NCBI GenBank assembly: GCA_963706325.1
Contig: CAVPLT010000005.1
Span: 32,001-96,000, forward strand
DNA from: an uncultured Nitrospiraceae bacterium
GTDB lineage: Bacteria > Nitrospirota > Nitrospiria > Nitrospirales > Nitrospiraceae
Direction of reading: 5' to 3'
Length of the DNA: 64,000 nt
Below the pieces are notes generated by a model that had not been told where the DNA came from, did not search any database, and saw only the letters and a list, made by a program, of their open reading frames with translations. The number at the start of each line of letters is the position of its first letter. Positions within the stretch are counted from its first letter, which is position 1. The position numbers were made by a program, and so were the translations under genes. Below are positions 9,158 to 18,428 of this stretch, piece after piece.

Positions 9158-10648
9158 ATGCTCAATCGTATTTTTGGGCTTGAAACAGAATATGGCCTGT
9201 TGGTGAATCAGGATCGTCCTGAGTATTCACCCTCGCGGGTGGCCCAACGCATACGCGACCACATCTTTCATGTCGATCGGCGCGGAGTGATGGATCTTCA
9301 TCATCGAGGGCACGATGAGCCGCCTGGTAACGGCGGATTCTTGACAAACGCCGGTCGCATCTATATCGACATGGGGCACTTGGAGTACGCGTCGCCGGAA
9401 TGTACGACGCTGGCAGACCTGGTCGCTTCGGACCGTGCGGGAGATCAAATTATCCAGAATACGGTGACCGCATTGGGCCTGGAAGCCTCCGTCTCGATCA
9501 TCAAAAACAATATCGATCACGAAACTGATGCGACGTTCGGCTCGCACGAAAATTACCTGGTCACTCGACAATTTCCGTTTTCCCGGCGAGGGCTCGGCCC
9601 GCTGGTCACGTTCTTGGTCACGCGGCAAGTATTTACGGGATCCGGGCGGATCGGCTGCGCGAGTGATCCCAACGAATGGGTGCAGGTCGGAGGGCTTATC
9701 TTGCATCGGCCGGGGCTGCGGGATGCCCAGGATCGATCCATCGTGCCGTTCCAAATCTCCCAACGGGCTGACTATATCGTCAACGACTTTTTCGAATGGG
9801 TGCAGCATAACCGGGCGATCGTCAATACGCGAGACGAACCGTTGGCTGATCCCAATCAGTACCGCCGAATCCACCTCCTGTGCGGGGATTCCAATATGGC
9901 TGAATACGCCACGGCCCTCAAAATGGGAACCACCGGGCTCGTGTTGCAATTGATTGAGGCCGGGCAGGCGCCGCGAGGTTTGGGGATCGACGAACCGGTG
10001 GAGGCTCTCCAGGATATTTCACGGGATCCGGATCGTCAGTGGATCGTGCGATTGGAGTCGGGGCAATCGATCTCCGCGATTGATGTTCAAGAACAATTTC
10101 TCGCCGCGGCGCAGCGCTATTGCAAGGGGCAGGACGAAGAGACCGATTGGGTACTGGAGCAATGGGAAGCCGTGCTGGTGGATCTGCGGGGCGACTATGC
10201 GAAGCTGGTGGGCCGAATCGATTGGGCCTCGAAATTATGGCTTTTGGAGACCTATCGTGAGGCGGAGCAGGTTGGGTGGGATGATCCCATGCTGAAGAGC
10301 CTTGATTTGGAATATCACAATCTTCATCCCGCGCGAGGACTGTGTTATGGCTTGGAAGATGAGGGACGCGGTCCTCGATTGACCACCGACAAGGGCGTCC
10401 GTTTGGCGCAAGACAATCCGCCTCGTAACACGCGAGCCTTCGGTCGAGGTGAGCTGGTCCGGCATTTGTTGGGCCATGGCACCTCGGAAACTCCAGGCGA
10501 TGAAGTCGTGGAGGCCGACGATCAGTTGGCCTGCCACTATATTATCAACTGGTCGAATTTCAAAGTGCGGGGCACGTCGCCATTCTTTATGGCGGACCCG
10601 TTCAAAACGTACGTGACGGAAGTTCGCGACCATCTTGCCGGTCGCTAG
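9158..10648 (+). CDS. pafA: PafA-like modifier-protein ligase
   Basis: IFGLETEYG, NAGRIYIDMGHLEYASPEC, KNNID, GSHENY, NTRDEPLAD. Confidence 0.88.
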   Translation: MLNRIFGLETEYGLLVNQDRPEYSPSRVAQRIRDHIFHVDRRGVMDLHHRGHDEPPGNGGFLTNAGRIYIDMGHLEYASPECTTLADLVASDRAGDQIIQNTVTALGLEASVSIIKNNIDHETDATFGSHENYLVTRQFPFSRRGLGPLVTFLVTRQVFTGSGRIGCASDPNEWVQVGGLILHRPGLRDAQDRSIVPFQISQRADYIVNDFFEWVQHNRAIVNTRDEPLADPNQYRRIHLLCGDSNMAEYATALKMGTTGLVLQLIEAGQAPRGLGIDEPVEALQDISRDPDRQWIVRLESGQSISAIDVQEQFLAAAQRYCKGQDEETDWVLEQWEAVLVDLRGDYAKLVGRIDWASKLWLLETYREAEQVGWDDPMLKSLDLEYHNLHPARGLCYGLEDEGRGPRLTTDKGVRLAQDNPPRNTRAFGRGELVRHLLGHGTSETPGDEVVEADDQLACHYIINWSNFKVRGTSPFFMADPFKTYVTEVRDHLAGR

Positions 10649-10656
10649 GTGCTTAC

Positions 10657-11577
10657 CTATCGTCTCATTCCGATCCGCTCGATAGCCCCCTTCGAGACGT
10701 CAAACGCAAACCGCAGTTGCACCGCGAAGTACTTCTGGACCAATCCGGAGCTGTCCAACGGGCGGTCTTCCTCCCGATAAAACGCGACTTCCATGTCCTT
10801 CCAACGAAGGGCAATGCCGATAATCCAGTCAAGTTCCGAGGGATTGAGGGTGTTGCTAGCATCGCGATCGGTAAAGAAATTCATGTCTCCATACAGCACC
10901 ACCTTGTTCTTATACAGATCCAGGTCGGCATGGGCCACGTAGCGGAAGAGCGCCCGTCCCGTATTGTTCGGGCGCGCGAAGTATTGGCTGTTGTAGAAGA
11001 GCCATCCTGCGCCGGCATAGGCCGTGAGATTTTGGTTGGGAAACGTCCGTCGCCACCATGTGGATTCTTGAACGGCTTGGAAGCGGGCCGTCACCAGCGC
11101 ATCGGCATAGGCCTGTTTGAGCCCGCTACGGTCGAGCGGAGCATCGCGTTCATATTGCAGGCGCCAATTGAACCGGTCGAGCACGCCGGTGAACGCAAAG
11201 GTGCCGTCCCATTCAGACAGTTCGATCCATCCGTTAGTGCGGTCCGAGAAAAAGTTCTGATCGGTGTAAAACGTGAGGTACTGCTTGTAAAGGTCCGTTT
11301 CCAAGTGCAGCATGTGCCGCATGCCGACAAGCCCTGAATTGTCCGGCCTGGCGGCGAACGACGGATTCTTTACAAAGGCGCCGGTAAGCAGGTACCCGCC
11401 GAATAGGGTTTCTTCTTCTTCACGACCCTCGCGGCCCGGTTCCTCCATGGAGGGGAGTGGACGTCCATATTTTTCCAGCCCAAATACCTGTCCAACCCCG
11501 AAAGTCGCAAAGAGAAGGCAGCCAGTCAACAGCGCGTGGATGAGTGGTTTTCGATTGCAGCGAGGGCCGGCCATCAT
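10657..11577 (-). CDS. Putative outer-membrane beta-barrel protein with internal two-fold repeat
   Basis: ATG overlaps the upstream stop (ATGA); signal-like N-terminus; amphipathic aromatic strands; duplicated halves. Confidence 0.6.
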   Translation of the reverse strand: MMAGPRCNRKPLIHALLTGCLLFATFGVGQVFGLEKYGRPLPSMEEPGREGREEEETLFGGYLLTGAFVKNPSFAARPDNSGLVGMRHMLHLETDLYKQYLTFYTDQNFFSDRTNGWIELSEWDGTFAFTGVLDRFNWRLQYERDAPLDRSGLKQAYADALVTARFQAVQESTWWRRTFPNQNLTAYAGAGWLFYNSQYFARPNNTGRALFRYVAHADLDLYKNKVVLYGDMNFFTDRDASNTLNPSELDWIIGIALRWKDMEVAFYREEDRPLDSSGLVQKYFAVQLRFAFDVSKGAIERIGMRR

Positions 11578-11972
11578 TCTTGGCAGCGGGCGAAAATCTC
11601 TTCGCAGTCGTTCGAGGCATCTACCGAACTGGGTGCGAAACGGTACTGAACCAACTCGACTCGATTTTGTTGAAGCATCACCGTCGCCCAACAGCCATGA
11701 TGCGCTGTCGGACGGCTGCTCTTTGACGACACCATGGACTCTTCGAGCAGCGGCGCTTCACGGTAATAACGAAGCAGAGTGAACGTTTCATCGTGCCACT
11801 CGCGCAACGGCATGCCGGCGCAGGACAGAACCTCTTCTCTGCTTTGGCCCCGCAACGATTGCTGGTGGGGATATCCTTCCGTGCTAGGTTGGGCCTGGTG
11901 GCAGGCCAGCAGCCACAGCACCGCGATGACGATTAGCAGGCCCTGAACTACCCGAGAGGGAATAGCGTGCAT
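11574..11972 (-). CDS. Small lipoprotein (BamE/OsmE-like motif)
   Basis: LLAC lipobox and GQSREEVLSCAGMP motif. Confidence 0.6.
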   Translation of the reverse strand: MHAIPSRVVQGLLIVIAVLWLLACHQAQPSTEGYPHQQSLRGQSREEVLSCAGMPLREWHDETFTLLRYYREAPLLEESMVSSKSSRPTAHHGCWATVMLQQNRVELVQYRFAPSSVDASNDCEEIFARCQE

Positions 11973-12302
11973 AGAGGTAACTTCCGGCAAAGAACGTACG
12001 GCACACTGGGTAGCATAGCCGTGATGTCAAAGCAACCCAGACGGTTGGACTCGGCCTGGGTGATTCTACGGGGCAGCTCGTATTTCTGGAGATCTGCATG
12101 CGTGAGCGTTGAGGCTCTCCTGCACCCAGGATGTGGACGTGGTTAGGCTGACCGTGTCGTCAGAATTGTGACAATCGTCATTGTTCTGACTAAGGGCCGC
12201 ATCATCGGCAACTATATCATTTGGTAGCGCAATCTTTGACCTGGTAGCAATCAACTAGGGTATTTCTTATAGGTGCCGATATATGTTTTTCTCGGTGAGG
12301 TG

Positions 12303-12330
12303 TTGACAAATGCGTTCATTTCCCTAGAAT
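12303..12330 (+). promoter_or_regulatory. Candidate sigma70 promoter of the PilZ-thioesterase-methyltransferase/kinase operon
   Basis: TTGACA-16 bp-TAGAAT, about 240 nt upstream of ATG 12570. Confidence 0.5.
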
Positions 12331-12569
12331 AAGCTGCGAATACGATCAAGGTAACAGTCAGCTTTTGGCCATATCTGAGGCCGTGCGTGCCGCTTAGTCC
12401 CTCCCTGTCCTATCATCGACATCAGCCTATATCATCTGGAACTGTTCATGCGCTTGCAAGAGCGCAGCCTCGTTTTGGACTCGAAGCCTGGGTAGGCCTT
12501 TGTGATGCCAAGACTGCGCGTTACCACCACGTTGTAAGACCACGGCGAGCAATTTTACAGGAGGAATGC

Positions 12570-15302
12570 ATGTCTAATGATATGGCGATCAGTTGCGAGA
12601 GTGGGTTTGCCGTCGATGCGCTTGAGGAAGTCCGCCCTGCCGCTCTCATACCTGAGCGGAGAAAAACCTCCGAGGTTTGGTCGTTGACCATTGAGGAACG
12701 ACGAGCCTCGCGTCGCTGCCAGGTCCACCTCCCGGCAATATTGCACAACGCAGATGGTCGTCGGAGCGGAGTCGCCAAGAGTATCAGTTTCGGAGGCGTG
12801 TCCTTACATTTCTCCGGGGACGTTCTGGCCCTGCTCAACCAACATATCAGACTGGGGTTTAGTTCCAACGCCGATGAGCTCGACAGTCTTGGAGTGGTGT
12901 GCGGCCTCCGGACATTCGGGAATGGATTTCCGTTCGGCGGGACCGATGCCGAGATCAGTTTGGCCGTTCAATTTGTGCGTCTCAGCCCCGGTGATGAGCA
13001 GGTGATAGCGTCGTTGTTAGCTGAAAAGCACATTGCATCAGGCGGTCTGTGTATCAATGCTGCGCTGGTCTCACAAGAGCATGAAGAAATACTCCTCGAT
13101 GCCGGGACTCGTTCGCCGGTCGTTACTCGCAACTCTCAAGCGTGGTTGGGCGGGGGAGGCGGGGGACCTCGTCAAGAACGACGGCGGCATCGGCGGATTG
13201 CGGTGGGAGTGACGACCCAGGTGCGTCTTCGAAATAGAACCGGTGATCAATGCCTGCCTGGTGCGTTGATGAGAGATTTATCCTCGAACGGGGCCTGCGT
13301 CTATCTGCCGGCTGGAGAAGTCCTGATTGGATCGGAATTGTTTCTGCAATGGACAAGTCTGGCCGGCGGGCCTCAGAATTCGACGGTCGTATCGATATCT
13401 GCTGCGGCCTGTTCTGTGGTGGGTACAGTCGTATGGACGCAGGTGGACCGGCCAGACACGATGCCTGGTGTGCCAGGAGTCGGCCTCCGTGGGATGCTGG
13501 CCGGCCTGCGTTTTCATTCGCTTGAGAAGGGGGCGATGGAGGTCATCGAGCAGTTTCTCATACAGGTACGAGAGGGGACTACGGAGAGCGGGCTGGAGCA
13601 GCCATCGGTGATCAGTGAATTTTCGGAATGCTTTCGGTCGTCCGGATTCCGTATCGTGCTCTGTCACGATCGCCCGCTATCCGAAGTGTCGGATGATGCG
13701 CCGATCGTGGTGTTAGCTCCAGGGTATGGGGAGAGCAAGCGAGATTATGTGCCGCTGGCCTACTATCTCGCGGACAACGGTTTTCATGTCGTACGCTATG
13801 ACAATGTGAACCATGTCGGAGAAAGCGACGGAACCGTGACGCAGTTTCGGTTGCAGGATATGGAACTGGACCTAGCGGCCGTGCTGCAACACGTCGGCGA
13901 CCGATGGCCCGGTCGTTCTCTCGGTCTGGTGGCCACCAGTTTGGCCGGTCGCGTTGCTCTCAAAGTCACCGCGGGGACATCTCATGTGAAGTTGCTGGTG
14001 TTGATCAATGGGATTATGGATGTCCGGCACACCCTTCAGGCCGTGCATCAAGAAGATCTCATTGGCGAGCACCTGGCGGGCATGCGCAAGGGCGTGGTCA
14101 ACATTCTCGGTCTGACTATCGATGCGGATCGTTGGTTGGCACATGCTGTTCAGGGGAATTATGCGGATCTGGCCACGACACAGCGCGATGCCGAACGCCT
14201 GCGGACTCCTATCGTGCTGTTTCACGCCGAGCATGACGCGTGGGTGGACCCTGCGTCTATTGCAACGGTGGAGGCGGCGGTTGGGCCGAATCTGCGCCAT
14301 TCATACGTCGTGTCGGGCGCGTTGCATCGCCTTCAAGAGAGTCCCCGAAAGGCCCGGACGGTCTATCGTCAGATTGCCGAGAGTTGCCAGGAAGAATTAT
14401 GGCCGGATCGTTCTTTCGTGAAGCTGGTTGAACCGTCGCATCGGCAGATAAGTATGCAAAACCGGGTGGAGCGCGAGCGAGGCAAGGCCAGGCGCCCGAT
14501 CGGGAAGTCGGATCACGTGGCCTTTTGGAAAGACTATCTGCAGAATTTTCAGACGATTCCGAATGTCGCCGACTTCTGGCGTCTTATGGATCATGTCTAT
14601 CGCTTGATGGGTGATTGTCACCAGGGTGAACGGATATTAGATGCGGGGTGTGGCAACGGAAACCTTGGCGTATTTCTTCAGCTCAACCAAGCGTTTCGCC
14701 AGCGCTTTGCCAGACGAGGCGACTTTCGCTCTCCTAAGTATGTCGGGCTCGATTTCGTGCCTGCTGCGTTGGCACAAGCGGCGGCGAACTTCCGGCAGGT
14801 GGGAGAGACATTGCAGGGGCAGTTTTATGAGGGGCTGCGAGCGTATGTACCGATGTCGATGAAGCTATGTCGGGCCGACTTGGAGTCGCCCTTGCCGTTT
14901 CCCGATAATAGTTTTGATCGGGTCGTGTGTAATTTGGTGATAGGATATGTGCGAGACCCGCTGTTTACTCTGCGGGAGTACCTCCGTGTGTTGGCCCCGC
15001 ATGGAAGACTCGTGCTCTCAAACTTGAAGCCCTATGCGGATCTTTCTGCCATTTATCGCAGCTTTGTGGATACGGCAAAGACGCCGGATCAGGTGGAGGA
15101 AGGACGTCGACTTCTCGACAACTCCGGGCGAATCAAAGAGCGCGAGGGTGAAGGCATTTTCAACTTTCTTCACCAATCTGAGTTGGAACAGCTGTTGCGG
15201 GCCGCAGGCGCCTCTCATCCGCGGGTCTACCCCACATTCGGAAACCAGGCGCTCATTGCCGTGGCGGAGAAGGGCCTTTCCAGCATGATGGTCGCCGCAT
15301 GA
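12570..15302 (+). CDS. Fusion of two PilZ domains, a LuxD-like acyl-ACP thioesterase/acyltransferase and a class I SAM methyltransferase
   Basis: AGGAGG RBS; RRASRR..SISFGG and RRRHRR..DLSSNG; YLADNGFHVVRYDNVNHVGESDG, ATSLAGR, HDAWV, ALHRL; ILDAGCGNG and LPFPDNSFD. Confidence 0.82.
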   Translation: MSNDMAISCESGFAVDALEEVRPAALIPERRKTSEVWSLTIEERRASRRCQVHLPAILHNADGRRSGVAKSISFGGVSLHFSGDVLALLNQHIRLGFSSNADELDSLGVVCGLRTFGNGFPFGGTDAEISLAVQFVRLSPGDEQVIASLLAEKHIASGGLCINAALVSQEHEEILLDAGTRSPVVTRNSQAWLGGGGGGPRQERRRHRRIAVGVTTQVRLRNRTGDQCLPGALMRDLSSNGACVYLPAGEVLIGSELFLQWTSLAGGPQNSTVVSISAAACSVVGTVVWTQVDRPDTMPGVPGVGLRGMLAGLRFHSLEKGAMEVIEQFLIQVREGTTESGLEQPSVISEFSECFRSSGFRIVLCHDRPLSEVSDDAPIVVLAPGYGESKRDYVPLAYYLADNGFHVVRYDNVNHVGESDGTVTQFRLQDMELDLAAVLQHVGDRWPGRSLGLVATSLAGRVALKVTAGTSHVKLLVLINGIMDVRHTLQAVHQEDLIGEHLAGMRKGVVNILGLTIDADRWLAHAVQGNYADLATTQRDAERLRTPIVLFHAEHDAWVDPASIATVEAAVGPNLRHSYVVSGALHRLQESPRKARTVYRQIAESCQEELWPDRSFVKLVEPSHRQISMQNRVERERGKARRPIGKSDHVAFWKDYLQNFQTIPNVADFWRLMDHVYRLMGDCHQGERILDAGCGNGNLGVFLQLNQAFRQRFARRGDFRSPKYVGLDFVPAALAQAAANFRQVGETLQGQFYEGLRAYVPMSMKLCRADLESPLPFPDNSFDRVVCNLVIGYVRDPLFTLREYLRVLAPHGRLVLSNLKPYADLSAIYRSFVDTAKTPDQVEEGRRLLDNSGRIKEREGEGIFNFLHQSELEQLLRAAGASHPRVYPTFGNQALIAVAEKGLSSMMVAA

Positions 15303-15335
15303 TCACATGAAACAGCGTATGCTAGAGTGCCTTAA

Positions 15336-18300
15336 ATGAAAGTTCTCGCCTTCAGCGCGCTGATCAATGCCTTGGCTGCGACAGGCCTCGGCGTGTTCGT
15401 CTATCTCCGCGATCCAACCGCCGCGCGCAATCGGATTTACGGGCTGTACTGTTTGAGCATTGCCATGTGGAGCGTGTTTTACTGCGGATGGCAGCTCACC
15501 GAATCAAAGGATCTCGCGCTCATTCTGCTGCGCCTGGTGATGGCCGGGGCCACGCTCATTCCTATTCTTTACTTTCATCACACCGTGACCTTTCTCGATA
15601 TCGCGACACGTCACACCAAGACGCTGAAAGTCGGCTATATCCTCGCCGCGGTTTTCTTGCTCCTCGATACCACGCCATGGTTTGTGGCAGGGGTCCATCC
15701 CGCGATGTCGTTCCCCTTCTGGCCGGTGCCAGGCCCCTTCTTTCACCCGTTCCTCCTCTATTTTATCTGGTACGTCGTCTATGCCACCTGTCTTGTCGGC
15801 GTGGCGCTTCGAGATGCCAACGGAATTCGGCGACATCAATACGCCTATATGTTGGCCGCCAGCATTATTGGCTATGCAGGTGGGGCGACAAATTTCCCGC
15901 TCTGGTATGGAGTGCCGCTACTGCCCTACGGGACGGTTCTCATTACGATGTATACGGCGCTGATGGCGTATACGATCGTTCGTTATCGGCTGATGAATAT
16001 CAGTGTGGTGCTGAACAAGGGCCTCGGCTATGCCATTGTGTTGGCCATTATTGTGGTGGCGACTTCAATCGGGGCGGTTCTCAGTCATCGTGCCACCGGA
16101 CACTCGACGCCCCCTTTACTTGCCGGCACACTTTTCCTGATTTGCGCCTTATGGGTACTCAGCAACAATCCCCGGTCGACGGCGAATATCCTGTTCAGCG
16201 GCGTCTGCGGCGCAGCCTGTTTTTGGTTGTTCGGTTGCTTCATGTTGTTCTCGGCGTCTCACGAAGATGAGGCGCACTTTTGGATGCAGGTCATCTATAT
16301 CGGCATTGCACTCTTGCCCGCGTTGACCTATCACTTTGCGCAGAGCCTTACCGGATGGGCCTCCCACGACCGCCTGATCACCTGGAACTATGCCCTTGGC
16401 GGTGTATTTGCAGGACTAGTGTCCACTTCCTACTTATTCGACGGCCACTACATATATTACTGGGGGCGATACCCCAAGGCTGGAGTCCTCCATCCCGCGT
16501 TAGTTTTGTATGTGGTGGCAGGCGGGTGCCTGACTCTTTACCGTCTCTATCAGGGGTACCGTCTGCACGTCCGCTCGTCTCCGCTGTTGGGGGCACAATT
16601 GAAATATACCCTGGCAGCTCTCGCGCTTGGGTTCATGTCCTCTTTCGACTTTCTGCAAAATTACGGCATGGGTTTCTATCCCGTAGGTTACCTGCTCGCG
16701 GGTTTATCGGTCACCGTCGTCGCCTATGCCATTGCTCGCTACGAATTGATGGATGTGTCATTTGTTCCGACCCGCCCCAAAGTGATGCTGTCCATCAAGC
16801 TCATGGGGCTGATTCCGGCCTACATGATGATCCTGCTGGTCATTCGTATTTTTACCGGCACGTTTCACTACTTTTTGGCCGGGGTGCTGTTTGGGTTGTT
16901 CGTCATTGTATCAAGCGGGTTGGCCAACCTTCAGAAAGGCGTGGAGCGGGCCATTGGACAAACGCTGTTTCGGGAGCGCTATGACGCCTACGATACCCTA
17001 GTGCAGTTTTCCAAGTCGCTTGTGGCGATTCTTGAATTGAAGTCTCTCACGAAAGAGATCGTTCAAACGCTGGCGCGAGTGATGAACATCAAGACGGCCT
17101 CGGTGTACGTGCTGGACAAGGAGCAGGGGATCTATAGCTTGACGGCGTCGTATGGGTTTGGATCCCGTGATTCTCAGGTGCCCCCGATCAAGATGGAGAG
17201 CGAATTCCCCAAGGCATTGTTGCGAACGGAAACGGCCCTTGTTCGAGAGGAGATCGAATACGATAAGGCGGATGCTGACCACGTAAGGCTGCTCAATACG
17301 TTGCAAGGGTTGGAGTCAGAAGTCTGCATTCCGTTGATCAGCAAGGAGCGTCTCGTCGGGTTTTGCAACCTGGGGCGTCGGTCCAATCAGGGCATGTACT
17401 CGACTGAGGAACTGGGACTTCTCAAAACCCTGGCGCAACATGCGGCTATCGCGATCGACAATGCCTTGCTCTACGAAGACTTGCGTCGATCGCAACTGCT
17501 GATGCGACGAACCGATCGGCTGCGGTCGCTCGAAACCATGGCCGGTGGGTTTGCGCATGAGATTCGCAATCCCTTGACCTCGATCAAGACATTTGTCCAG
17601 TTGGCGCCTGAGCGACGGGACGATGTGGAATTCATGGAGCAATTTAGCCAGGTGGTGTGTGAAGACGTTGAGCGAATCGAACGGCTCGTTCATGAAATTT
17701 TGGACTATGCGCGGTACATGACTCCAAAGCTTACACAGGAAAGTCTCAACGACGTGGTGTCCTCATGCCTATATTTTATTGAGGTCAAGGCGAGCAGCAA
17801 AGCCATCACGATTCAGAAAGATCTGGCTGCCGATCTCCCTTATGTGAAGTTGGATCGACAACAAATTAAACAGGTCCTGCTGAATCTCTTCATCAATGCC
17901 ATGGAAGCAATCGGCGGTGAGCAAGCAGGCCGGCTGGTTGTCCGAACGCGAAATTTGGTCAGGCCGGCCGATGATCCTTGGGTTCAGATTGAAGTGGAAG
18001 ATAGTGGGCCGGGAATCGAGCCAGGCGATCTCGACCATATCTTCGATCCGTTTTATACGACGAAGCACGAGAGCGGGGAGCGCGAAGGAACGGGGCTTGG
18101 TCTGACCATTGCGCATCAGATTGTTCAAGAGCACGGAGGCTATCTCGAAGTCACCAGTGAAGTCGGCCACGGCACAAAATTCATGGTCAATCTTCCGGTC
18201 AATCCACCAGTTGCGGAATGGCATGCCGCACAGCCAGCCTACGAAGAGGGGCGTAAACTGGTAGGAGCGTTTCTCGCAAGACCCCACCAGGGGTTGGAAG

Positions 18301-18341
18301 AGCAATTCAACAAGCCATCCCCCGTAATCAAGGCCAGCTAG
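15336..18341 (+). CDS. Membrane sensor histidine kinase (two tandem 7TM-type sensor domains, GAF, HisKA, HATPase)
   Basis: Duplicated hydrophobic region; AHEIRNPL H-box, NLFINAMEA, DSGPGI, GTGLGL. Confidence 0.88.
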   Translation: MKVLAFSALINALAATGLGVFVYLRDPTAARNRIYGLYCLSIAMWSVFYCGWQLTESKDLALILLRLVMAGATLIPILYFHHTVTFLDIATRHTKTLKVGYILAAVFLLLDTTPWFVAGVHPAMSFPFWPVPGPFFHPFLLYFIWYVVYATCLVGVALRDANGIRRHQYAYMLAASIIGYAGGATNFPLWYGVPLLPYGTVLITMYTALMAYTIVRYRLMNISVVLNKGLGYAIVLAIIVVATSIGAVLSHRATGHSTPPLLAGTLFLICALWVLSNNPRSTANILFSGVCGAACFWLFGCFMLFSASHEDEAHFWMQVIYIGIALLPALTYHFAQSLTGWASHDRLITWNYALGGVFAGLVSTSYLFDGHYIYYWGRYPKAGVLHPALVLYVVAGGCLTLYRLYQGYRLHVRSSPLLGAQLKYTLAALALGFMSSFDFLQNYGMGFYPVGYLLAGLSVTVVAYAIARYELMDVSFVPTRPKVMLSIKLMGLIPAYMMILLVIRIFTGTFHYFLAGVLFGLFVIVSSGLANLQKGVERAIGQTLFRERYDAYDTLVQFSKSLVAILELKSLTKEIVQTLARVMNIKTASVYVLDKEQGIYSLTASYGFGSRDSQVPPIKMESEFPKALLRTETALVREEIEYDKADADHVRLLNTLQGLESEVCIPLISKERLVGFCNLGRRSNQGMYSTEELGLLKTLAQHAAIAIDNALLYEDLRRSQLLMRRTDRLRSLETMAGGFAHEIRNPLTSIKTFVQLAPERRDDVEFMEQFSQVVCEDVERIERLVHEILDYARYMTPKLTQESLNDVVSSCLYFIEVKASSKAITIQKDLAADLPYVKLDRQQIKQVLLNLFINAMEAIGGEQAGRLVVRTRNLVRPADDPWVQIEVEDSGPGIEPGDLDHIFDPFYTTKHESGEREGTGLGLTIAHQIVQEHGGYLEVTSEVGHGTKFMVNLPVNPPVAEWHAAQPAYEEGRKLVGAFLARPHQGLEEQFNKPSPVIKAS

Positions 18342-18428
18342 ACGACGCGCATAACCGCCATCTCGACCCCTTTGTCCTGGGGAAAACGCTGGGTGTGGTG
18401 TGTCATATTCCGCAGCAGTTGCGCAATC

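Noticed and set aside
12387..12569. Longer N-terminus for the fusion protein; possible c-di-GMP riboswitch in the leader
   Set aside because: Strong AGGAGG precedes ATG 12570; no GEMM or class II riboswitch consensus seen
13600..14500. Bioluminescence (lux) operon
   Set aside because: Only a LuxD-like domain is present; no luxC, luxA, luxB or luxE in the window
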